DNA of 64,000 nt from Hormiphora californensis (lineage: Eukaryota; Animalia; Ctenophora), in NCBI GenBank assembly GCA_020137815.1, contig CM035353.1:4464001-4528000 (forward strand). Reading direction: 5' to 3'. Below the pieces are notes generated by a model. It had not been told where the DNA came from. It searched no databases and saw nothing but the letters and a program-made list of their open reading frames with translations. How positions within the stretch are numbered: position 1 is the first letter of the stretch; the number at the start of each line of letters is the position of its first letter. The translations under genes were made by a program, and so were the position numbers. Positions 26,376 through 39,745 of the stretch are shown here, one piece after another.

Positions 26376-26797
26376 TGGGGGACACCCCTATCTGTTTACC
26401 TGTCCGTCTCTCCATCAGTATCTTTGGGGAAACTCTAACTGAATGGCATCCAATTACATAATGGGATCCCATCAACAGTAAAACTCTAACTGATAATGGA
26501 CCACAGTGATGGTTCTTTCTCTGTATTCTCTCTGTAGGCAGTACATTGGGCATGCCCGGGCGGGGGCGCCCCTTTCTCTCCTTCATCTCTATCGGTCTCC
26601 CCGTCCATCTTCCTAATTTAACACTCATTTTAACAGAATAGAAAGAAAGGCACCAATCACTGTATCATAATCAATCGATATCACATTCGTGATAGGGTTG
26701 AATTGCTGTGGTTCCTTCTGAAGCCCCCTCGGCCTTCGGTGATGCCCAGTCTACTCCCAGCCCGTACCCCTTGCGCTGTGATCAATTTATCTCTCTT

Positions 26798-26878
26798 GAA
26801 AGAGAAAGAGAAAGTAAAAGAGAAAGTAAAAGAGAAAGTAAAAGAGAAAGTAAAAGAGAAAGTAAAAGAGAAAGAGAG
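26798..26878. repeat. 12-bp minisatellite (AGAGAAAGTAAA)n
   Basis: About 6 tandem copies. Confidence 0.9.
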
Positions 26879-27287
26879 ATATAGCACTCCCAAAATGTAA
26901 CGAGGTTCAAAATTACCGCAAACTGACCCCTAATTAACCCCGAATTGACCCGGACGGTCCTATGCCATACTAACACAACATCATCAATCGATCGATGCTC
27001 TATCTATCTCTGTCTATCTCTCTGTACCTATCTCTCTGAGCTGTGTCCCTTCTATCTCTCTTTCTATCTCTCTCTGTACTAGGTATCTTTCATTCCTTTT
27101 GTCTTATCACATAATTCCTTCATGATACACACTTCAAAACTTTCTCAGTCTCACTATCTAATCACAGTTATTCTTTCTAATATCTTGAGACCTTACTGCA
27201 GTTCACTTCATATCGGACTGTATTATATATGTAGTACTAGGAAAGAAAGGGATATTATAAAAGAATAAGGAATTAGAAAGACAGGGC

Positions 27288-27367
<80 letters not shown>

Positions 27368-27798
27368 CTCTCTCTCTCTCCACTCAATCTAAGCTTGGGG
27401 GCGAGGGGATACAATGTGACCGAGGGATCAGGATGACGTAATCATGAGAATTGAGAAAGTTTCGCTGTAAAACCCCTTCCTGCCAGCGCTGAGACTCGCA
27501 CGTGCCAGAACGCCGCGCATGGTAGCCTTATCTCTAGATTGCAACACAAACTCTCTCTCAGTCTTATCACGTGATATATCACGTGACATTGCTTAATAGC
27601 AGGTTTCTTAAATTTGGCTGCTCTTATTTTCGAGTTGCTTAATTTGCCGTAATTTTTGTTTGCTTAATTTCAGATTTTGAATTTTAGTCTTCTTTATTTA
27701 AGATTGCTTAATAGAAGATATTTTGATTATAGTTTGCTACATTATCTGGATCTTAATTTTGGAGAGTAAGGTATTCCTTCATTATACGTAATAGTAAA

Positions 27799-28361
27799 GT
27801 GAGGGAGATGAAAGTTCTCTATGAGCGAGAATTTTTAACAGCGGAGACAAAAAGGGTAGAAAATTCCGAGGAGTTTAGGAGTATTTTGGAGAAAATGGAA
27901 GCGGCAGGCTTGGTGAATATCTCAACGCCAGGGGCAAGGTTGGTCTCCCCACATCGGAATTGGAATGGCTCTACGGCACTTGGGGATGTGATGGATTTTC
28001 GGATGAGGGAACCTGATGTCCGAGTACCTACGGAACAAACGATATTCGGTTTGCGAAAGGTAGAGATCAGGGAGAGTTTGCGAGTCTAGAGCATGGGTTG
28101 AGTTGAGTAGAGTCATAGAGTCGGCGAGAGATATTTTTAGCGCATCTTATCCCACTTAGATCAGATTTTTGGTACACGACAGGAAATATTATGAATTTCA
28201 TTAATATAGTTGATAGAGTGGCCTTTAATATGCAGTGCATGATATAATATAATAATAGGTTATTTTGGACAGACGAGTTCTTAAATTTTAGATTCGAGTT
28301 TGATGAAAGTTTATTTAGAGAAGATGGAGTACATTTGAACAAGCGAGGTTATGCTATTTAG
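27799..28361 (+). pseudogene. LINE (CR1/L2-type) ORF1 SGNH-esterase fragment
   Basis: Frame ending at 28361 reads ...FDESLFREDGVHLNKRGYAI*, the DG-x-H-L-N..GY motif; linkage to the upstream ORF piece is assumed. Confidence 0.65.
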
Positions 28362-29339
28362 TAGATAGAGATAGCCCAACTGAGCAGAGCCAACATTTGC
28401 AAGGTGGCAGCGGTCCTAGCTCAAGAGAATGGCTAGCTTAGGTATCAACAGGTATCAACACCACCTTCACGACGTTCATTTCTACTTTATAATTAAGGAT
28501 TAAGATATAGAGAGAGGCCTGCGTGAGGAAAGAAACAAAAGGAAAAGATGGTTCCTCTTGAGACTTTCGGAAAATTTCTGGTGGAGTCTGACTGGACAAT
28601 TATGGCAGATTGGGACTACTTTGAAAAAAGAAATAATTTGCTGAATACTAAACATAAAGAAAGCGGCAATTGGCCTACCCACAACAGATGATGAAAGAAA
28701 GTTCATTTATGATGCGAAACAAGTCAGCTGGAAATTAATGGTTGCCATTTTACTAATAGTGGATTTACTATCCCTCCTACCCTACCCCCCTCCCGATTCT
28801 CCCAATCCTAAATTCTTCCCCAAAACAGAATGGACGTGACCGATCCCCAGTCTCCACGACAGGATCCACGACAGGATCCCCAGAGCACCCTGGAAGACGA
28901 TCCCCGGCCCCAGTTGACTGCACAAGACGTGGACACTTCCCAGGACACTCCACGAGAGGATCCCCAAGACACTCCCCCTTCCAGCCCCGATATCAACGAG
29001 GAGGAGGAAGTGTCCCTGGCAAGTATGATATATTAATAATACTAAATCTATAAGATTAAACACAAGCAAGTTACATAAACACTCTAAAAGTGGCTGACTG
29101 AATGAACTCTGCTGTACTAGAATTAGACATACACGCAGCTGAGTTCGATACCTTCAACAATCTGTTAAGAGGGAAGGGGGCTACATGTTTGGGTTTGCTT
29201 CTTGAAAAGAAAAATTACTGGGACTTAATTACTGGATTTATCAAGGTTGTTCGGCTCTTGAATGAACACTACTGTACCAATATGACATTTAATACCTTAA
29301 TTAGTATAGTTACAAAGTAGATATAACATATTCATTCAA

Positions 29340-30326
29340 TCTTGAACGACAGGTTAACAATGTGAGGAAACAGTGTGGATTGGCATTACGGAATCTCTGG
29401 CAGTTGCACAGGTGTTTTGATATTTCAACAAAGATAATGTTGGTCAAACAATTGATCATATCAAGAATTGATTACAGTAACATACTGTACTGTGGACTTC
29501 CAGGTCGAGTTCTCAGTGGGCTCCAGAAACTTCTTAACGCCTGTGTGCGCTTTATATACAACATCCATGGACACCAGGAAAGCTATTTGGAATACTTCAG
29601 GCAGTGCCATATCTTGCCCATCTCCTACAGACTGGACTTCAAAGCCTGTCTGATCGCCTACAAGATAGTCTATGGAACAGCACCCCGTTACCTCCAGGAA
29701 ATGGTGCCACTTGATGACAGCTGGGGTCTCTCCAGGACAACAAGGATGACTAGTGTTACTGATCCGTACAGATTAAAACACCCCAAGATGACAAGCATCA
29801 ATGCCAACTCTAAGTTGAGACGTAGGAGACTATCAGTGTTCCTGCCTACTATTTGGAATGAGTTACCTCTTGAGCTCAGGTCAATCCCCAATGTGGATAC
29901 ATTCAAGGCCCGTCTGAAGACACATCTCTTCGTTGGTGCATTTGGAGTGGGTGATGGGGAACCCGCGGCTGAGTTGTAATGTTTGTTGTAGTTGTGGAGC
30001 CTGCGGGCAATTGGTGTCATCCTCTCTCTAGACATGCTATTAAATCACTACCTAGTTTAAACTTTTTTCCCTAGCAGGTGTGAGTATAGCGTGTTTTAAA
30101 TTTATATCTACAGGTTTACGGGACCAGTTATTCCACCAGTTTTATAAGTCCAGTTATATCGGCTCCTATATATTGTCTTTTTCAACCAGAGTGTTTGTGT
30201 GTGTCATATATTTACTCGAGGATATACCGCTCTGATGACCAGGCGGAGCATCGCCAATATTTTGACATGTTTCCGTCGGGTATGGGCGGTATATAAGCGC
30301 GGAATATTATTATTATTATTATTATT
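29340..30326 (+). mobile_element. 5'-truncated L2/Crack-clade LINE: ORF2 C-terminus, 3' UTR and (TAT)n tail
   Basis: SRIDYSNILYCGLP..LQKLLNACVRFI..HILPISYRLDFK..APRYL..WNELP..FKARLKTHLF open to stop at 29979; (tat)n tail ~30305-30326. Confidence 0.92.
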
Positions 30327-30481
30327 TAATGAAATTCATTAGTCTGGTGACAAGCTCCCAGACTACAACAACAAGACTACAAACTGTGGGATGGTCCTAA
30401 ATGCTGTTTTTCTCGTACACAAGGGCGAATAGAGTCTGTTGATGCCTTGGCTATGTATATATGGCCAAGAGAGAGAGAGGC

Positions 30482-30629
30482 AAACTGCACCACGAGGCGA
30501 CGATTAATCAAGCCGAAAGCAAGGCCATGCAGATGGGCGCGGAGGACGCATACCGACTCCTACTATCAGAGGAACTCCAGGAACCAGTAACCTTCTACAC
30601 CGACAGTAGAGTGGTAGTATACAAATTGT
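30482..30629 (+). pseudogene. Second non-LTR RNase H fragment, interrupted by the 30630-31791 element
   Basis: LHHEATINQAESKAM...PVTFYTDSRVVVYKL (QAE and YTDS motifs). Confidence 0.75.
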
Positions 30630-31791
30630 GGCAGGTCGGTAGAACTTCGACAGAATTTAGGGTAGGTCAATTTAGGGTAGGTCTGAATTTAGGGTAGGTC
30701 TGAATTTAGGGTAGGTCTGAATTTAGGGTAGGTCAATTTAGGGTAGGTCTGAATTTAGGGTAGGTCTGTAACGTATCGTTTATTAAAGCATTGCAATTCG
30801 ACATTAGGTTCTGATTAGGTCACTGAACCGCGTACCGTATTGAAATTCGATCTTAGTCACCGATTAGGTCGCTGAACCACGTCCCGTAATCCGTATCAAC
30901 TCATTGAAATTCGAGGTTAGACACAAATTAGGTCCCTGAACCGCGTCCCGTATCTCGTATAAACTCATTGCAATTCCATCTTAGTCACCGAGACTAAGCA
31001 CTACTTAAAGTAGGCGAACTGAGTTAGGTCAGTAGACTGTGTTCCGTATCGCATCAAGTGAAATTAGGACTGTTTGACTGTTCACTTATTAGTTTATGCA
31101 CGTAGACTTTAAGAGTTCCATCCTGAGTTGAAACCTGTTTAAGGGAAAAAACAATTCGTTTGCCATCTCATTTGTGTCTAACTGCAGGTTACGATTCGAG
31201 GTTAGACTCTAACCTCGAATCGTAATGAGTTGATACGAGATACGGTACGTGGTTCAGTGACCTAATCTGTGTCTAACCTCGAATTTCAATGAGTTGATAC
31301 GAGATACGGGACGTGGTTCAGTGACCTAATCTGTGTCTAACCTCTAATTTCAATGAGTTGATACGAGATACGGGACGTGGTTCAGGGACCTAATTTGTGT
31401 CTAACCTCGAATTTCAATGAGTTGATACGAGATACGAGACGTGGTTCAGCGACCTAATCGGTGACTAATGTCGGATTGCAATGCTTTGATAAACGATACG
31501 TTACGGACCTACCCTAAATTGACCTACCCTAAACTGACCTACCCTAAATTCATACCTACCCTAAATTCAGACCTACCCTAAATTCAGACCTACCCTAAAT
31601 TCAGACCTACCCTAAATTCAGACCTACCCTAAATTCAGACCTACCCTAAACTGACCTACCCTAAATTCATACCTACCCTAAATTCAGACCTACCCTAAAT
31701 TCAGACCTACCCTAAATTCAGACCTACCCTAAATTCAGACCTACCCTAAATTGACCTACCCTAAATTCTGTCGAAGTTCTACTGACCTGCC
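30630..31791. mobile_element. 1162-bp non-autonomous TIR element with 8-bp TSD (CAAATTGT) and TTAGGG-containing subterminal arrays
   Basis: caaattgt|ggcaggtcggtagaacttcgacagaatttagggtagg ... cctaccctaaattctgtcgaagttctactgacctgcc|caaattgt; 16-18-bp tandem units and ~64-bp inner repeats in both arms. Confidence 0.9.
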
Positions 31792-32344
31792 CAAATTGTC
31801 CTCCCAATATATTTCAGGCTAGTGGAGACACTCAACAATGATAGATCTATGGTTTTTAAAAACAAGTCAGCTACAAAAAAGATATTGCAGTTTGAACAGT
31901 TTGGTATATAGCCACTGAGCAGCAAGCTAGTGTCGGCATCGTTATATGTAATAATAATAGCTGTAAATAATATGGAAAGAAACGGAGGATTTCAAACAGC
32001 CTTTGCCAAGACGCTCCCCCTTCCAGCCCGGCCGAGATCGACGAGGAGGAGGTGTCCCTCCTCTCCGAGAAAATGGACAATATGGAGGTGGGGAGGGTAG
32101 AATCAGAGACTGTGTGTAATTCGAGGCTTTTTTAATTAATTAACAAATCTATATTCGTATTAAAGTGTAATAATATATTTCAGGCAAGTGGAGACAACAA
32201 TGAGTTCAAATAGTTTGGTATAGCCAATGAGCAGCAAGCTACTGTCGGCACCTTCATGATGATACATAAATTTAGGTAATAATATGGAAAGAAACGGAGG
32301 ATTTCAAATAGCCTTTGCCCGTTTAATTAATTAACAATTCTATA

Positions 32345-32658
32345 TGTGCAGACTCTGCTACTGAGCTACTCTAGTGTTCTTAGTGACGTCAGGCGTGGAA
32401 CGGAGTACGGTGTACCGTGCGTGAGTGCGTGAGAGGAGATGAGAGAGGAAAGCGAGGAGTTCTCTAAAATCGTTTTTGAAGAAAGTCTTGAGTGCCCTAT
32501 AACCCAGTTCTTCTACTTTATACTTAGTTAAATCTTGTAGTCGTTTGATTTATAAAAACAACCTAATAAATAACCTTGTTCATCCACTGACCACTCATAT
32601 AATCATGACAGACAATGATGCGGTGCCGGTACTGGGAGACACAGGCCCAGGGGCCACA
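32345..32658 (+). mobile_element. Solo LTR (314 bp, TG...CA, 4-bp TSD TATA), probably Ty3/Gypsy
   Basis: tata|TGTGCAG...GGCCACA|tata; near-identical to 11988-13646 minus its insertion. Confidence 0.9.
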
Positions 32659-32768
32659 TATATATGATAAAACGACAAGTCACATAAACACTCTAAATGG
32701 TCTTGCTATTTAGTGTGAGTCAGAGAGAAACAAAGGAAACAGGGGCCGGGACAGAATGTAATCTGAGA

Positions 32769-32805
<37 letters not shown>

Positions 32806-33705
32806 TAGAGTGAGAGAGAGAGATAGAGTAGAGTGAGAGAGAGAGAGAATGTGTATTTCAGTGCTACTCGGTACCATTCCCCGCGCCCACCAGAAGCCTT
32901 GTTAGTGTTCAGTGATCCCCGGCCCCCCCCCCCCCCCCGTGTTATCTGTGAATTACCACACAACACCCTATTAACTTAAAGGGGTTCCAACCACTGTGTG
33001 GGATACCACTCAGGGATTACACACAACTGAGACTTTGTCGCCGACCCCCCCCCCCCCCCCCCATCGACCCCCCCCTCCCATCACTGGGGGATCTCAGGGG
33101 TACCGGGTCGTAGCATGGGGTCCCAAGGTTTGAAATTAGATATCTATGGGTAGTTCTAAACGAGTGGGACGCACACCTCAACACAATTAAATGAGAAGTT
33201 GAAATCAAATAGGTAACTCACGGTAACTAAAACTGGAATTAATAATAAATAGGTATTTCAACAGCGAAAAAGAACATCATCATACAAAAAGCAACTGCAG
33301 CTAGAAAATAGTTCCACTAGGACTATATATCCTACAATTTCATAACAGCTCGTTTAACTAATTGATTAGGCTCCAGTTGCCACCCGAACCCAGCTAAAAT
33401 ACTGATTAGTTAAGGTTCGGAAGTCACAGCAGGGTCACGTGATGTGTAGCCAATCAAAACTATACTGAAGAGCTAATCACGTGACACTCTTTGAGCTGGG
33501 TTCAAGTTTCAGAGCCCGTCTAAAGGTGATATCACGACAGAATGGGTTACAGAGGAACAAAGAGAGAACACACAGCAATTGTTATAGTGTGTGAACTGAC
33601 ACGATATACATACATGGAAGTAGAAATAGCAGCCGTTGAGAAAGAGAGATAAGGATCAAGGAGATCATCTTTTGAGAGAACTATATGAAGAGAGAGGGAG
33701 AGTGG

Positions 33706-33854
<149 letters not shown>

Positions 33855-34310
33855 AGAGAGAGAGAGAGAGAGAGGGGGAGAGCGAGCGATTTCAGTTCAT
33901 AACCGAAGGCATTCGCCTTGGCAGGGAAAAATTGGTCATAACTCAGCCATTTCCTGGTCAAATTGCTTCATTTTGAGCTCGTTGGAAAGAGGAAAGCGAG
34001 CTCTTTCCATATGATCGTGCAAAAGGCAAACTTCCCCTCGTCCGACCGGATGTGGCGCATCTTTATAACAGGCCACAGAGTCATGATCATATATTGATAA
34101 TGATATTATACCATTACAGATTCACTTGGGATTTATTTGAACGGGTTGTAGATTTTTAGGGCTCATTTGTTCTAAATTCGCTGCCCTAAAATCAGTTTAG
34201 TAAACTGCCCCATTCTGGCCTGGCGCCTGACCCTGATAGAAATTCTAAACACGGGTTCTAGGTATGGGCACAAAGGCTATAAAATAAAAAGTATAAACAA
34301 AGAACAAAAG

Positions 34311-37300
34311 GTTCGTTACGTTGCAGTTCGTTTCACTTTTGCTTGTCTCAGACACCAATAAGGGCTCTTCCTCTCACTAAAATGCAACTTAAATCCGTCT
34401 CAAATACCCATTTCTAGCACACATGATTTCCCAGTTACCACTGAACTGTCTCTCGGGCCTGGCCTAGACTCATCACTAAATTACAACTACATTCTTGGCC
34501 AATATCGACCAAAACTTTGGAATTTCGCATTTAATTCAATTTGGGAAACTTTGTACTTTGCCATTACGTGTTTGATAAAGGAGCACTAACAAGTCACAGA
34601 GCAGAATTCTATTCATTACCCGTTCGTTACGTTGCAGTTCGTTTCACTTTTGCTTGTCTCAGACACCAATAAGGGCTCTTCCTCTCACTAAAATGCAACT
34701 TAAATCCGTCTCAAATACCCATTTCTAGCACACATGAACTCCCAGTTACCACTGAACTGTCTCTCGGGCCTGGCCTAGACTCATCACTAAATTACAACTA
34801 CATTCTTGGCCAATATCGACCAAAACTTTGGAATTTCGCATTTAATTCAATTTGGGAAACTTTGTACTTTGCCATTACGTGTTTGATAAAGGAGCACTAA
34901 CAAGTCACAGAGCAGAATTCTATTCATTACCCGTTCGTTACGTTGCAGTTCGTTTCACTTTTGCTTGTCTCAGACACCAATAAGGGCTCTTCCTCTCACT
35001 AAAATGCAACTTAAATCCGTCTCAAATACCCATTTCTAGCACACATGAACTCCCAGTTACCACTGAACTGTCTCTCGGGCCTGGCCTAGTACTCATCACT
35101 AAATTACAGCTACATTCTTGGCCAATATCGACCAAAACTTTGGAATTTCGCATTTAATTCAATTTGGGAAACTTTGTACTTTGCCATTACGTGTTTGATA
35201 AAGGAGCACTAACAAGTCACAGAGCAGAATTCTATTCATTACCCGTTCGTTACGTTGCAGTTCGTTTCACTTTTGCTTGTCTCAGACACCAATAAGGGCT
35301 CTTCCTCTCACTAAAATGCAACTTAAATCCGTCTCAAATACCCATTTCTAGCACACATGAACTTCCAGTTACCACTGAACTGTCTCTCGGGCCTGGCCTA
35401 GTCTCATCACTAAATTACAGCTACATTCTTGGCCAATATCGACCAAAACTTTGGAATTTCGCATTTAATTCAATTTGGGAAACTTTGTACTTTGCCATTA
35501 CGTGTTTGATAAAGGAGCACTAACAAGTCACAGAGCAGAATTCTATTCATTACTCGTTCGTTACGTTGCAGTTCGTTTCACTTTTGCTTGTCTCAGACAC
35601 CAATAAGGGCTCTTCCTCTCACTAAAATGCAACTTAAATCCGTCTCAAATACCCATTTCTAGCACACATGAACTCCCAGTTACCACTGAACTGTCTCTCG
35701 GGCCTGGCCTAGTCTCATCACTAAATTACAGCTACATTCTTGGCCAATATCGACCAAAACTTTGGAATTTCGCATTTAATTCAATTTGGGAAACTTTGTA
35801 CTTTGCCATTACGTGTTTGATAAAGGAGCACTAACAAGTCACAGAGCAGAATTCTATTCATTACTCGTTCGTTACGTTGCAGTTCGTTTCACTTTTGCTT
35901 GTCTCAGACACCAATAAGGGCTCTTCCTCTCACTAAAATGCAACTTAAATCCGTCTCAAATACCCATTTCTAGCACACATGAACTCCCAGTTACCACTGA
36001 ACTGTCTCTCGGGCCTGGCCTAGTCTCATCACTAAATTACAGCTACATTCTTGGCCAATATCGACCAAAACTTTGGAATTTCGCATTTAATTCAATTTGG
36101 GAAACTTTGTACTTTGCCATTACGTGTTTGATAAAGGAGCACTAACAAGTCACAGAGCAGAATTCTATTCATTACTCGTTCGTTACGTTGCAGTTCGTTT
36201 CACTTTTGCTTGTCTCAGACACCAATAAGGGCTCTTCCTCTCACTAAAATGCAACTTAAATCCGTCTCAAATACCCATTTCTAGCACACATGAACTCCCA
36301 GTTACCACTGAACTGTCTCTCGGGCCTGGCCTAGTCTCATCACTAAATTACAGCTACATTCTTGGCCAATATCGACCAAAACTTTGGAATTTCGCATTTA
36401 ATTCAATTTGGGAAACTTTGTACTTTGCCATTACGTGTTTGATAAAGGAGCACTAACAAGTCACAGAGCAGAATTCTATTCATTACTCGTTCGTTACGTT
36501 GCAGTTCGTTTCACTTTTGCTTGTCTCAGACACCAATAAGGGCTCTTCCTCTCACTAAAATGCAACTTAAATCCGTCTCAAATACCCATTTCTAGCACAC
36601 ATGAACTCCCAGTTACCACTGAACTGTCTCTCGGGCCTGGCCTAGTCTCATCACTAAATTACAGCTACATTCTTGGCCAATATCGACCAAAACTTTGGAA
36701 TTTCGCATTTAATTCAATTTGGGAAACTTTGTACTTTGCCATTACGTGTTTGATAAAGGAGCACTAACAAGTCACAGAGCAGAATTCTATTCATTACTCG
36801 TTCGTTACGTTGCAGTTCGTTTCACTTTTGCTTGTCTCAGACACCAATAAGGGCTCTTCCTCTCACTAAAATGCAACTTAAATCCGTCTCAAATACCCAT
36901 TTCTAGCACACATGAACTCCCAGTTACCACTGAACTGTCTCTCGGGCCTGGCCTAGTCTCATCACTAAATTACAGCTACATTCTTGGCCAATATCGACCA
37001 AAACTTTGGAATTTCGCATTTAATTCAATTTGGGAAACTTTGTACTTTGCCATTACGTGTTTGATAAAGGAGCACTAACAAGTCACAGAGCAGAATTCTA
37101 TTCATTACTCGTTCGTTACGTTGCAGTTCGTTTCACTTTTGCTTGTCTCAGACACCAATAAGGGCTCTTCCTCTCACTAAAATGCAACTTAAATCCGTCT
37201 CAAATACCCATTTCTAGCACACATGAACTCCAGTTACCACTGAACTGTCTCTCGGGCCTGGCCTAGTCTCATCACTAAATTACAGCTACATTCTTGGCCA

Positions 37301-39745
37301 ATATCGACCAAAACTTTGGAATTTCGCATTTAATTCAATTTGGGAAACTTTGTACTTTGCCATTACGTGTTTGATAAAGGAGCACTAACAAGTCACAGAG
37401 CAGAATTCTATTCATTACTCGTTCGTTACGTTGCAGTTCGTTTCACTTTTGCTTGTCTCAGACACCAATAAGGGCTCTTCCTCTCACTAAAATGCAACTT
37501 AAATCCGTCTCAAATACCCATTTCTAGCACACATGAACTCCCAGTTACCACTGAACTGTCTCTCGGGCCTGGCCTAGTCTCATCACTAAATTACAGCTAC
37601 ATTCTTGGCCAATATCGACCAAAACTTTGGAATTTCGCATTTAATTCAATTTGGGAAACTTTGTACTTTGCCATTACGTGTTTGATAAAGGAGCACTAAC
37701 AAGTCACAGAGCAGAATTCTATTCATTACTCGTTCGTTACGTTGCAGTTCGTTTCACTTTTGCTTGTCTCAGACACCAATAAGGGCTCTTCCTCTCACTA
37801 AAATGCAACTTAAATCCGTCTCAAATACCCATTTCTAGCACACATGAACTTCCAGTTACCACTGAACTGTCTCTCGGGCCTGGCCTAGTCTCATCACTAA
37901 ATTACAGCTACATTCTTGGCCAATATCGACCAAAACTTTGGAATTTCGCATTTAATTCAATTTGGGAAACTTTGTACTTTGCCATTACGTGTTTGATAAA
38001 GGAGCACTAACAAGTCACAGAGCAGAATTCTATTCATTACTCGTTCGTTACGTTGCAGTTCGTTTCACTTTTGCTTGTCTCAGACACCAATAAGGGCTCT
38101 TCCTCTCACTAAAATGCAACTTAAATCCGTCTCAAATACCCATTTCTAGCACACATGAACTTCCAGTTACCACTGAACTGTCTCTCGGGCCTGGCCTAGT
38201 CTCATCACTAAATTACAGCTACATTCTTGGCCAATATCGACCAAAACTTTGGAATTTCGCATTTAATTCAATTTGGGAAACTTTGTACTTTGCCATTACG
38301 TGTTTGATAAAGGAGCACTAACAAGTCACAGAGCAGAATTCTATTCATTACTCGTTCGTTACGTTGCAGTTCGTTTCACTTTTGCTTGTCTCAGACACCA
38401 ATAAGGGCTCTTCCTCTCACTAAAATGCAACTTAAATCCGTCTCAAATACCCATTTCTAGCACACATGAACTTCCAGTTACCACTGAACTGTCTCTCGGG
38501 CCTGGCCTAGTCTCATCACTAAATTACAGCTACATTCTTGGCCAATATCGACCAAAACTTTGGAATTTCGCATTTAATTCAATTTGGGAAACTTTGTACT
38601 TTGCCATTACGTGTTTGATAAAGGAGCACTAACAAGTCACAGAGCAGAATTCTATTCATTACTCGTTCGTTACGTTGCAGTTCGTTTCACTTTTGCTTGT
38701 CTCAGACACCAATAAGGGCTCTTCCTCTCACTAAAATGCAACTTAAATCCGTCTCAAATACCCATTTCTAGCACACATGAACTTCCAGTTACCACTGAAC
38801 TGTCTCTCGGGCCTGGCCTAGTCTCATCACTAAATTACAGCTACATTCTTGGCCAATATCGACCAAAACTTTGGAATTTCGCATTTAATTCAATTTGGGA
38901 AACTTTGTACTTTGCCATTACGTGTTTGATAAAGGAGCACTAACAAGTCACAGAGCAGAATTCTATTCATTACTCGTTCGTTACGTTGCAGTTCGTTTCA
39001 CTTTTGCTTGTCTCAGACACCAATAAGGGCTCTTCCTCTCACTAAAATGCAACTTAAATCCGTCTCAAATACCCATTTCTAGCACACATGAACTCCAGTT
39101 ACCACTGAACTGTCTCTCGGGCCTGGCCTAGTCTCATCACTAAATTACAGCTACATTCTTGGCCAATATCGACCAAAACTTTGGAATTTCGCATTTAATT
39201 CAATTTGGGAAACTTTGTACTTTGCCATTACGTGTTTGATAAAGGAGCACTAACAAGTCACAGAGCAGAATTCTATTCATTACTCGTTCGTTACGTTGCA
39301 GTTCGTTTCACTTTTGCTTGTCTCAGACACCAATAAGGGCTCTTCCTCTCACTAAAATGCAACTTAAATCCGTCAAATACCCATTTCTACGCACACATGA
39401 ACTCCCAGTTACCCTGAACTTCTCTCGGCCTGGCCCATAATCACACTAAATTCAGCACTAATTCTGGCCAAATCGACCAAAACTTTTGGATTTCGCATTT
39501 AACCAATGGAAACTTGTCTTGCATACGTTTTGTAAGAGCACTAACAAGTCACAGAGATTCTATTCATTACCCGTTCGTTACGTTCAGTCGTTTCATGCTT
39601 GTCAGACACAACCCAACAGGCTCTTCTCCACTAAAATTCATTAATTCCGTTAAATACCATTTTAGTACATGACTCCCAGTTACACTGAACGTTCTGCGGC
39701 GGCCTGGACCATACTAAATTCAACAACACATTCTTGCCAATATCG
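34311..39745. repeat. Tandem satellite, 311-bp unit, ~17.5 copies
   Basis: gttcgttacgttgcagttcg recurs at 34311, 34622, 34933...; near-identical units; last ~1.3 units are deletion-ridden. Confidence 0.97.

Larger units (their letters stand above)
25379..27771. mobile_element. 2.4-kb non-autonomous TIR DNA transposon with TA TSD (Tc1/mariner-pogo type)
   Basis: ta|ccttactctccaaaattaaga ... tcttaattttggagagtaagg|ta (perfect 21-bp TIR); subterminal aattaagc repeats; internal (GA)n, (CT)n and a 12-bp repeat. Confidence 0.85.

Noticed and set aside
30655-31765. Interstitial telomere or chromosome fusion site
   Set aside because: TTAGGG is embedded in 16-18-bp units inside a TSD-flanked TIR element, not a pure (TTAGGG)n tract
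11988-32658. A single 20-kb LTR retrotransposon bounded by the two identical LTRs
   Set aside because: Each LTR has its own 4-bp TSD (AATC and TATA), so they are independent solo LTRs; no gag-pol between them
34311-39745. CRISPR array
   Set aside because: Units are 311-bp contiguous near-identical repeats with no unique spacers, no cas genes, and a eukaryotic context; the same applies to the 48.7-52 kb and 59.8-61.6 kb arrays
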